Below are positions 1 to 8,224 of a DNA stretch of 64,000 nucleotides, in pieces (within the stretch, counting starts at the first letter, position 1; each line of letters opens with the position of its first letter). The notes beneath the pieces were generated by a model. It was not told the DNA's origin, ran no database searches, and saw only the letters and a list, made by a program, of their open reading frames with translations. Source of the DNA: Candidatus Babeliales bacterium (GTDB taxonomy: Bacteria; Babelota; Babeliae; Babelales; JANWKD01); NCBI GenBank assembly GCA_963762115.1, contig CAVXJH010000005.1:32001-96000 (forward strand). The letters run 5' to 3'. The position numbers were made by a program, and so were the translations under genes.

Positions 1-123
1 TGACATTTTGTCACAGACTGACATTAACGCCTCAAAAAATTTTACTCTTATTAAACTATTTGTTATTTTATTCTGAATGCTTATAAAAAATAAATTTGAT
101 AAAATTTAACTTTTAGGACCTTT

Positions 124-963
124 ATGCCAACAAATGAATTAACAAAAAATTACATTTTTGATGGTACACGAATTCGTAAAAAATTATTCAATAACGAATG
201 GTATTTTTCAATTGCAGATATTTGTAACGTTCTTATCGAAAGTTCTGATCCTGGTGCTTATTGGAGAAAACTTAAACAAAGGTTAATTTCAGAAGGAAGT
301 GAAGTCGTGACATTTTGTCACGGGTTGAAATTAATTGCACCTGATGGGAAGCAGAGAGAAACTGACTGCGCCAATACAGAAGGGATATTTCGCATAATTC
401 AATCTATTCCATCACCAAAGGCTGAACCATTTAAACTTTGGTTAGCAAAAGTCGGCAAAGAACGTATTGATGAAATTGAGAATCCCGAACTTGGTATTGA
501 AAGAGTTAAAAGTCTTTATGAGAAAAAAGGCTATAAAAAAGATTGGATTGGAAAAAGATTGCGCGGCATAGCTGTTCGTCAACAACTTACTGATGAATGG
601 TCTGATAGAGGAGCCGAAAAATCAATTGATTATGCAATATTAACAAATGACATTATGCAAGGTGCATTTAACTTAAAAGTTGATGATTATAAAAAACTTA
701 AAGGAGTTGAAAAAGGTAATCTTCGTGATCATATGACTGATTTAGAACTTATAATAACTATGCTAGGCGAAGCAACAACAACGCAAATTACTCAACAAAA
801 AGATTCTACTGGAATGCCAAGATTAAGAAATGATGCAAAAGTTGGTGGTGCCCTTGCTGGAAGAACTCGAAAAGATATTGAGCAACAAATTGGTAGTTCT
901 GTAATTACAAAAGAAAATTTCTTGCCGAACAAAAAAAATAAAAAAAGCATTGAAAATATTTAA
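124..963 (+). CDS. Bro-N domain DNA-binding protein (phage antirepressor-like)
   Basis: WYFSIADIC...YWRKLKQRL, VTFCHGLK, IFRIIQSIPSPKAEPFKLWLA and NLRDHMTDLEL motifs typical of this family. Confidence 0.85.
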   Translation: MPTNELTKNYIFDGTRIRKKLFNNEWYFSIADICNVLIESSDPGAYWRKLKQRLISEGSEVVTFCHGLKLIAPDGKQRETDCANTEGIFRIIQSIPSPKAEPFKLWLAKVGKERIDEIENPELGIERVKSLYEKKGYKKDWIGKRLRGIAVRQQLTDEWSDRGAEKSIDYAILTNDIMQGAFNLKVDDYKKLKGVEKGNLRDHMTDLELIITMLGEATTTQITQQKDSTGMPRLRNDAKVGGALAGRTRKDIEQQIGSSVITKENFLPNKKNKKSIENI

Positions 964-1391
964 TCATAATGAATTTTTGCACTTCTCATTTTTTTAATTT
1001 CACCACGATGCGTCTTTTTGCGTAAGCGTGCTTCTTTAGTCGATTTTGAAACTTTTGTTTTCATACGCTTTTTGGGCACATGCAATGCTTTTCTAATTTC
1101 TTGTGCAAGTTGATCAAGTGCCATCTTTTTGTTTTGTTGCTGACTTCGTGATGCACTATTATGCACCAAAAAATCGCCTTCGCTCGTAACTTTGGAAGCA
1201 AGATTTTGTAACACACGTTGCTTTTGCTCGTCACTCAAAGCTGCTGTTGTGTTAATATTCCAACGCACGGTAATGCGTGTATCAGTTTTGTTGACATGTT
1301 GCCCACCAGGACCGCCTGCACGACTTGTGGTGATTTCTAATTCTGCTTCTGGAATTACAATACCATTTTTAACGGCTACATCATTTTTCAT
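960..1391 (-). CDS. arfB: alternative ribosome rescue peptidyl-tRNA hydrolase ArfB
   Basis: RAGGPGGQHVNK (GGQ) motif, RSQQQNK and a basic C-terminal tail. Confidence 0.95.
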   Translation of the reverse strand: MKNDVAVKNGIVIPEAELEITTSRAGGPGGQHVNKTDTRITVRWNINTTAALSDEQKQRVLQNLASKVTSEGDFLVHNSASRSQQQNKKMALDQLAQEIRKALHVPKKRMKTKVSKSTKEARLRKKTHRGEIKKMRSAKIHYD

Positions 1392-1430
1392 AAAATCCTC
1401 ATTACTACTATAATTCTTGCATTGTGCATT

Positions 1431-1486
1431 TTACAAGTCTTTTGCACCAAAAAAATTGTGGCATCTTTCCAACAATCAAATTCATG
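1431..1486 (-). pseudogene. relic 3' end of the FAD oxidase gene at 3135-4208
   Basis: Reads LLERCHNFFGAKDL* versus LLERCHNFFGINN* in the intact gene; 19 bp identical (1447-1465 = 3148-3166). Confidence 0.8.
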
Positions 1487-1638
1487 TAAGTATCTTTTGC
1501 CACAATGAAAACGTTAGACTTTTACATTTTATACTTAATCTTATAAGAAATTCTACTTCATCAATTCTCTTGACTACTCGATTTAAAATTTTTTAATTTT
1601 CTAACACCATAGTAAGATATAAGAAAAGGTAAAAAAAT

Positions 1639-3114
1639 ATGAAAAAATTTTTAATAATAATACTTCTTCTTTATACAAGTAGAATACTATTAGCTACAGA
1701 GCTTGCAAAAGAATTGGTTACATTAGAATCAACGCTTAATGCACTGAATAAAGCTTTATCTGTTTCAAAAAAAACACCTAGCATTGTTCCTGGATCTAAA
1801 GTTGTTCCTGAATTTGTAACGTTAGTAAGAAATTCAGAGCATTTTGATAAAAAAGCAGTTAAAAAAGGTAAAAAATCACTCTTTCCTACCCGCGAAAATC
1901 GAATTGCAGTAATTGCTGCAAATGATACCACTAAACAAGCTGAAATTGTTGAGCAAGCAAGAACTACCTATCCTTTGTTGCACCCAAAAACTTTACTACT
2001 TATTCAGGGTTTTTTAGAAAACAAAAAAAAATATGGAAGTAATCTGGAAAAAGCTTTATATAAAACTATGAATGAAAAATCTTTTATTAATCGATTACTT
2101 ATCAAACGTCCATTAATGTTTATGACAGAATCAGATTCGTATCTTTTAAGGGATGGTTATACGCAAGGTGCTGGTGGATTTGAAGCAATTGGAACTAATC
2201 AAGAACAGCCACCATTAATTCTTGCTGACTATCTTTCTTATGATGAAATGCAAATTGCTACACTATTAGGCGTATCGGTGCCAACCTATTTTATTAACGA
2301 TGGCAATCGAAATAATAAAAGCATAAAAGGGGCGCCAGGAACTTATGAAGAAAAAGGTATTTATGTTGCATTGGTTGGGGCTCGTTTTGAAAGACCTGGA
2401 CTCATGGAATGGCAACATATGATTATAACCCCGGAACAAAACACTACACAACATGGTTATGGCATTGGTAATACATCTAACCCAGCTATTTCTTTATGGT
2501 CAAAAGTGTATGGTCTTCCTTTTCCAACGTATCAGGAAGCAGCACAAAATACTTCGGGAAGATATATTCCTTTTGATGGTGGTCAAAAATATTTTGATAG
2601 TTCCGTATATAAAGAACGTTTAAAGTTAGTTCTTGAGCCATTTTTACTTGATGCTCATAAACGAGCTATGCTCCAAGGAAAAAGATCCTATGTTCAAGTT
2701 GTTGGAATTGGTCTTGGCGTGTGGAGAAAAATTGATGAACAGTGGCAGTTGATGCTTGATACTTATGCTGAAATAATAAAAAAACATGATTTATCGCATA
2801 TTGCAGATATAAATTTCATTTGGTTTCCTGAATATGCAAATAGCTGCGGAGGCGTGAAAAATGGTGGCATATTCAAAACAAATACTAATGCAATTACTAT
2901 ACATTTCTCTACAAGGAATCCTACAGAAATGTTAAAAGGAAAAGATGCTGGTAAATTATTAGTAGCTTGCTATGCATGGGATGGAAATTCTTATCCGGGT
3001 AATGAATATTGGATTGGTTCGCTTACTGCTTCCGGGGACCCCGCTGCTGCATGCTGCTCGACCATTGCCGAATTGCAAAATCCAGAAATAAATAAGTTAT
3101 TTTTAGTAAAATAA
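1639..3114 (+). CDS. secreted DUF4804/MavL-like macrodomain protein
   Basis: Signal peptide; YLSYDEM, GARFE, YAWDGNSYPGNEYW and SGDPAAACCSTIAELQNP motifs. Confidence 0.8.
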   Translation: MKKFLIIILLLYTSRILLATELAKELVTLESTLNALNKALSVSKKTPSIVPGSKVVPEFVTLVRNSEHFDKKAVKKGKKSLFPTRENRIAVIAANDTTKQAEIVEQARTTYPLLHPKTLLLIQGFLENKKKYGSNLEKALYKTMNEKSFINRLLIKRPLMFMTESDSYLLRDGYTQGAGGFEAIGTNQEQPPLILADYLSYDEMQIATLLGVSVPTYFINDGNRNNKSIKGAPGTYEEKGIYVALVGARFERPGLMEWQHMIITPEQNTTQHGYGIGNTSNPAISLWSKVYGLPFPTYQEAAQNTSGRYIPFDGGQKYFDSSVYKERLKLVLEPFLLDAHKRAMLQGKRSYVQVVGIGLGVWRKIDEQWQLMLDTYAEIIKKHDLSHIADINFIWFPEYANSCGGVKNGGIFKTNTNAITIHFSTRNPTEMLKGKDAGKLLVACYAWDGNSYPGNEYWIGSLTASGDPAAACCSTIAELQNPEINKLFLVK

Positions 3115-3134
3115 CTTATTTATCCTGATAAAAT

Positions 3135-4208
3135 TTAATTGTTGATGCCAAAAAAATTGTGGCATCGTTCTAATAATCGATCAAATTCATGCTGATTGGC
3201 ATCTTCAGAATCTTGTCCTCGAATAAAGGTAATACCCAAAATACCTTCTTCCTTTGGTGCATAATAAATAAGCTCATCACGCGCTTTGCCTTGGGCATTC
3301 ACCATGACCACTTTTACATTAATCATATACTGCACATTTTCTAAAGACGGTTGATTTTTAAGACTAATAAGATGACCCTGCACTGGAATAATACGTTTAT
3401 CATCAGTTAATTGCTTTGCACCCATACCAGCACAATTAAATAGTATAAAATCATTACTATCATCAAAGGAGTGTACTTCTTTTTGCACAATAACAATGCC
3501 AAGTTCACGAATATTTCGATGCAATTCTTGCATAATTTTTGCCGTATTAATAAAAATTGTTTTATACGCCATAACCTCATGCGACTTGCCATTACCAAAA
3601 TCAATCATAACTCTTTCAGGTGTTTCCATAAGCCCCTGTTCAATATAAGGATTAAAACCGGGGTCAATATCTAACCCAAAATAAGCCGGCAGTATTTTAG
3701 GCCCTTCTTGAATAAACGGATGTTCTCCCCGAGAAATACTGCAATATGTTTGATATGATTCCATGCCCATGGCATTAAATAAAAAACGTTCTTGCGCAGA
3801 AGAACATTTACGTGAACGCGGGAAAAAAAACCCCGCTGCTTTTGTTGAAGGAATATTTCCCGTCTCCTTAGCAACAATTGAAACAGTATAGCCCTTACGC
3901 TTAAGCATAATAGCCGTTAAGAGGCCATAACATCCTGCTCCAATGACACAGATCGACTTGTTTTTTAATTCATTATCATGTGCCAACATCTGCTCAAATT
4001 GGCGTATTGATTCATGAACACACCCAAAAAGAAAAGTCCACCCTGCACCACCATGCCCATAATTATGGAAAACAAGCTTTTCTCCACGTATTTGAGAATA
4101 TACCTGAAAAATCCGCTCACGATGAGCTCGAATACAGGTTATTCTTTCTTTGATATGTTCAGAAGAAATTGAAGGTGGCGTAAGGTGTATGATTTTTTGT
4201 TTATTCAA
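3135..4208 (-). CDS. D-amino-acid oxidase-like FAD-dependent oxidoreductase
   Basis: VIGAGCYG Rossmann motif, HNYGHGGAGWT, FNCAGMGA, PVQGHL; TTG start. Confidence 0.85.
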   Translation of the reverse strand: MNKQKIIHLTPPSISSEHIKERITCIRAHRERIFQVYSQIRGEKLVFHNYGHGGAGWTFLFGCVHESIRQFEQMLAHDNELKNKSICVIGAGCYGLLTAIMLKRKGYTVSIVAKETGNIPSTKAAGFFFPRSRKCSSAQERFLFNAMGMESYQTYCSISRGEHPFIQEGPKILPAYFGLDIDPGFNPYIEQGLMETPERVMIDFGNGKSHEVMAYKTIFINTAKIMQELHRNIRELGIVIVQKEVHSFDDSNDFILFNCAGMGAKQLTDDKRIIPVQGHLISLKNQPSLENVQYMINVKVVMVNAQGKARDELIYYAPKEEGILGITFIRGQDSEDANQHEFDRLLERCHNFFGINN

Positions 4209-4429
4209 GTGATACTAATCGAGTTAAAGGGAAAATATATAATAAAAGCTAGAAGTATACGGTGAGTATACACAAAAACAGGTATTTTTGATAATTTCTA
4301 TATGAAACAAATCAACCATTAGACAAAACTAAAAGTTACTATAAACTGATTCTTAGGTGAGGTTATATCTTTTGATATAATTTCTTGTTTTATATCTATT
4401 CATATTCATTAAAAAAATGAGGTTTTTTT

Positions 4430-4813
4430 ATGCATATTTTAGCAATCGCTATCGCTACTATTTCTTCTTTTGTTCTTGGGGCTCTTTGGTATTGCCCTTT
4501 ATTTGGTAAAATCTGGCAAAAAGCTGTTGGCATTTCAGATGAACAGATAAAAGCTTTAGGCAATGTGCCTTATGCAATCGCTCTTGCTTGCTCCTTCCTT
4601 GGCGCAATGGGCTTTAATTATTTAGTAATGAATTCAGTTTCATTAGAAAATAATATATTTGTAGGCTTGATGGTTGGCATCTTGGTGGCAACATCAATGT
4701 GCATTAACTATCAATTCTCTGGCCGCGATAATAAGGGTTTCTTGATTGATGCAGGATTCCATATTGCTCGCTTTGTTCTTTGCGCATTAGTTTTCTGGTT
4801 TATTAAAAACTAA
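4430..4813 (+). CDS. DUF1761-family membrane protein
   Basis: FVLGALWY..LFGKIW and FLIDAGFH motifs; four hydrophobic segments. Confidence 0.8.
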   Translation: MHILAIAIATISSFVLGALWYCPLFGKIWQKAVGISDEQIKALGNVPYAIALACSFLGAMGFNYLVMNSVSLENNIFVGLMVGILVATSMCINYQFSGRDNKGFLIDAGFHIARFVLCALVFWFIKN

Positions 4814-4823
4814 AAAATTAACC

Positions 4824-4878
4824 AAAAAGAGACGGCTCTTCAGGACTCATTGAGTTCCGAAGGGCCTTCTCTTTTTTT
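4824..4878 (+). terminator. intrinsic terminator
   Basis: Long imperfect GC-rich hairpin followed by a T run after the DUF1761 gene. Confidence 0.7.
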
Positions 4879-5249
4879 AAGCCAATTCACTAAATAAATA
4901 CATAAACTTAATCTCATTCTTAGATGGCCTCATGTCGGCCAGACATGAATATATTGCATGCCCAATATATTCAATACAAGGGCACCAACGTTCCGTTGGA
5001 TCTTTTTTCCCGCGCGAATATGCACCACTCCATTGTTGATGCCTTCAGCATCAAAATTCCAGGTGCACGTCGCACTACCAGACTAACTTATTTATAAATT
5101 TTTCTTACTTCAAGACGATAATCAGAACAACATTCAAAAAAAAATGTCATTCCTAACCTACGAACTTCGAAGAATCAAAAATAGCAGAGGCCTGTCCGCC
5201 ATAGTGATTGTGTTAAAAGTCAAATATTTTTTAATAAAGCTAAACAATA

Positions 5250-6191
5250 TTAAGCTTTACATAATTCACCTTTTTTTAGTAAAGAATTAGCAATCACAAT
5301 AAGTTTATGCATAATAGCTACGATAGCTATTTTAAAAGGTTTTTTAGAAGTTATTAAACGATCGTAAAGTTCCTTTAATGGGAGATGATATTTAATAGTT
5401 GTTAATGCACACATATAAAGCATATTTCTTGGAATAGTTCTTCCACCTCTGATGAATTTTTTACCCTTATAACTTCCACTTTCATTCTCATAAGGACAAA
5501 CACCAATGAGTGCTGATACTTTTTTATTACTTATTTGACCAAGTTCAGGAACGAATGATAATAATGTTGCAGCTGAAGTTTTGCCTATTCCTGGAATTGA
5601 CTCCAAAATTTTTGATTTTGTATTTAATTTTTCATCTTGCTGAATTAAATCTTGTATCTTTAAATCAATTGATTTGATTTCGCACTCTAAGATTTTGATA
5701 AATTTCTTTATACTTGATGCATATAATGCATGAGATGGATGTTTAGATCTTGTTTTTTCGGCAACTAAAAATTTTACCAAGTCATTTTTACGATTGACCA
5801 AAGCTTGTAATTTTTCTTGATTTTCGCTTTTGTTCATTATCTCATAATCAGGAGAATTTTTAGAAGCAAATTCAGCAATTTTTCGAGCATCAATTTTATC
5901 CGTTTTGCTTTTGCAGCCACTAGCAACAATATAGCCTTTTATTCTTCTTGGATCGATGATCCAAAGATAATAACAATTTTTTTTTAATATTCGAGCAAGT
6001 AATTTTTCATACCCACCAGTTGCTTCGCATGCAATTTGTTCGATATCATATTTAACTAATTCTTTAATGATCTCCGTTATTCCAACTTCTGAGTTTGATA
6101 CTTTTAAAGATTTTCCTATTGGATGGATATAAACATCTAAAGTGTTTTTTGAAATATCGACACCTATAAATACTTTTGATATATTTTTCAT
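5250..6191 (-). CDS. IS110-family DEDD recombinase/transposase
   Basis: GVDISK, CEATG, KTDKID (DEDD), SIPGIG and catalytic-serine loop NESGS. Confidence 0.97.
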   Translation of the reverse strand: MKNISKVFIGVDISKNTLDVYIHPIGKSLKVSNSEVGITEIIKELVKYDIEQIACEATGGYEKLLARILKKNCYYLWIIDPRRIKGYIVASGCKSKTDKIDARKIAEFASKNSPDYEIMNKSENQEKLQALVNRKNDLVKFLVAEKTRSKHPSHALYASSIKKFIKILECEIKSIDLKIQDLIQQDEKLNTKSKILESIPGIGKTSAATLLSFVPELGQISNKKVSALIGVCPYENESGSYKGKKFIRGGRTIPRNMLYMCALTTIKYHLPLKELYDRLITSKKPFKIAIVAIMHKLIVIANSLLKKGELCKA

Positions 6192-6400
6192 AAATACCTC
6201 TGGCTTGTAGACATGCGAGATCGTATGTACTTGATACGTCTCTAGTGATTGTTCGAGGTCATTTTTGTATAAGCTGATAGTCTCAAACTATGACACGGTC
6301 CTTTGAGACCAAGCTTGACACGAGATCTATCAGCTTCTCAAACAATTAATTTCAAAACAACTGATCATAAATTAACAAAATTTAGCTTTAAAATCATTTT
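6192..6400 (-). ncRNA. IS110 bridge RNA (target-binding loop ~6271-6336, donor-binding loop ~6197-6260); ends approximate
   Basis: 10-bp stem AAGCTGATAG/CTATCAGCTT encloses guides matching the flanks; second loop carries ACAATCACT and TACAAG matching the donor junction. Confidence 0.88.
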
Positions 6401-6558
6401 GATTTAACATACAAGCTTGCCAAGCCTGAAGGCGTGGATAAGCGAAGGGAAATGCTTGGCCTGCATAAGGCCGTTTTATAACAAACAAAATATCTTGTTG
6501 AAAAATACAAAATATATAATAATAAAAAATAAATAGTATTTATAACAAGTGAGAATCT

Positions 6559-6903
6559 ATGCAAATTGTTAAAGAAAAAATTACCCTTGAAGAACTAAAA
6601 AAAATGTCAGAGGAAATGTTTGGCAATTTGGTTAAAGCTGTTGTTGATATTGAACAAAAAATTATGGTTGTTGATGCTGACATGCATGCTGATGAAGAAG
6701 AGCTTTTATTAGAATTGGGATCAGAACAAAAAAACCTTTGGGGAATCAACATTCATCCTGATGAAGTTGATACTGAAAACTGGATAGAATTTGACTCAAT
6801 GATCAACATTCGTCCACGCTGTGACAACAAAAGCCGCTATGTACACAATCCAAAAATTAGAGAACAAATAATAAAAATTGTTAATCAATTGGTTAAAAAA
6901 TGA
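6559..6903 (+). CDS. DUF5674-family protein
   Basis: VKAVVDIE...MHADEE.LLL..GS.Q.NLWGINI...IEFDSMINIRP. Confidence 0.8.
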   Translation: MQIVKEKITLEELKKMSEEMFGNLVKAVVDIEQKIMVVDADMHADEEELLLELGSEQKNLWGINIHPDEVDTENWIEFDSMINIRPRCDNKSRYVHNPKIREQIIKIVNQLVKK

Positions 6904-7238
6904 AAATTCATCATACATCACTTACCATTGAACGCTGGTCAAGATTTTCACTCCTTGAACAATTAGCTAATGTTGGTAGTGATGTTGAACGCACAATCCA
7001 ATGGAAAAAAAGAGGCAATTTAGAATATAGTCAAAATGCATTTGAACGCGTATTAGAACTTTTAGACTTTACCATTGAAGACCCAAAAAATAAAAAAAGG
7101 CTCAGAGAAATCTTGCGTGTTCGCGAAGCATTGATAGATTATTTTATGTATAGCAATGAATATTCTTCCACCGACAAATCTTGGCAAGACTATTTTTATC
7201 AATTTAATTATGCTGCAGCAATGCAAAAAGGAAAATAA
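6900..7238 (+). CDS. conserved all-helical protein coupled to DUF5674
   Basis: ATGA overlap with upstream gene; RW..FSLLEQLANVGSDVER motif. Confidence 0.75.
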   Translation: MKIHHTSLTIERWSRFSLLEQLANVGSDVERTIQWKKRGNLEYSQNAFERVLELLDFTIEDPKNKKRLREILRVREALIDYFMYSNEYSSTDKSWQDYFYQFNYAAAMQKGK

Positions 7239-7242
7239 GAAA

Positions 7243-7806
7243 ATGAATATAATGAAGTTTTATGCAACGCTATTATTTTTAATAGTTATGCCAGCTTTTG
7301 GCATGGAAAAACAAAAATCTTTACCTGAATTTATAAGCATTGATTGGGGAGACTCACGATCAGACCCCCTGTATGAATCACCGGGACAATTAATTGAACA
7401 TCACATTCAACACCCTACATTTATACGCAATCAATTAGAAAAATATCCCCCGCAACAACTTTTAAAATTCCGATACTTTCACCACAATAATCTCTTTCAT
7501 ATTCTTGTTAAAACATTAACACAACAAAAAGATTCTCCTGAAAATTTTGGTCAGCTCATTGGCGAATATAAACCCGTATTTGAATATCTTGTAAAAACAG
7601 GCCTGGATATTAACGAAGTAAATGATGATCATAGAACCCCTTTTATTCTCCTGGTTAAAGCTCAAGATAAAAGATTAAGGCCATTAGAAAATTTCCTAAC
7701 TGATGAACTTGGAGCACATTTAACCTATGCTTCTATCGCTCCTGAATTAAGGTTTTTTTGGAATATTATAACCTGCAATTCTTGTAGAAAGCCAAAATAC
7801 TCTTGA
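7243..7806 (+). CDS. secreted ankyrin-repeat-like protein
   Basis: Signal peptide ending PAFG-MEK; NNLFHILV and GLDINEVNDDHRTPFILLV ankyrin-like segments; start moved to 7243. Confidence 0.7.
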   Translation: MNIMKFYATLLFLIVMPAFGMEKQKSLPEFISIDWGDSRSDPLYESPGQLIEHHIQHPTFIRNQLEKYPPQQLLKFRYFHHNNLFHILVKTLTQQKDSPENFGQLIGEYKPVFEYLVKTGLDINEVNDDHRTPFILLVKAQDKRLRPLENFLTDELGAHLTYASIAPELRFFWNIITCNSCRKPKYS

Positions 7807-7879
7807 ATATACCCATATCAATTGTATATAAATTAAAATAAACATTTAGCTTCACATAAAAAACATACGATGCTAGAAC

Positions 7880-8003
7880 TGTCATTGCGAACCCTGCGTC
7901 AATAAGCAGGGTGTGGCAACCCAGCATTTTGATAAATTTTTTATTCTTAAGGAACTCATTTTATTATCTGGGTCACCACGTCACTACGTTCCTCGTGATG
8001 ACA
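7880..8003. repeat. REP/RPE-like palindromic element
   Basis: TGTCATTGCGA...TCGTGATGACA termini with internal CCCTGC/GCAGGG and ACCCAG/CTGGGT arms. Confidence 0.7.
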
Positions 8004-8068
8004 ATGGTGATTATTTTGCTCATTCTGAACATCGAGTTCGCGTTATATTAAAAAAAGAGGAGTGTGTT

Positions 8069-8224
8069 ATGCCCTATAAAGTTGGTAAAAAAACAAAAAC
8101 TAAAGGTTATCCAATTTTGAAACATGAAAATGGAAAGTGGAAAGTCATTGCTCATTCAAGCACACGCGAAAAAGCGGAAGCAAGCATCAGAGCACGGCAT
8201 ATGGGCGCACACATGAAAGGTTAA
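8069..8224 (+). CDS. small basic protein (51 aa)
   Basis: GAGGAG RBS before ATG 8069; MPYKV...HSSTREKAEASIRA. Confidence 0.65.
   Translation: MPYKVGKKTKTKGYPILKHENGKWKVIAHSSTREKAEASIRARHMGAHMKG

Larger units (their letters stand above)
5203..6415 (-). mobile_element. IS110-family insertion sequence, complete
   Basis: CT core (AG on +) at 5203-5204 and 6414-6415; -35 box in right end, -10 box in left end; recombinase ORF; ~220 nt upstream non-coding end. Confidence 0.93.

Noticed and set aside
124..963. Prophage
   Set aside because: Lone Bro-N gene; no structural, terminase or integrase genes in the window
4920..5090. Group II intron, 6S RNA or HEARO/omega RNA assignment
   Set aside because: Only short GTGCG and ACCAGACTAA matches; no domain V, no rod-like fold and no associated RT or IscB gene
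7913..8068. N-terminal extension of the 103-aa ORF
   Set aside because: Runs through a palindromic repeat; the RBS supports a start at 8069
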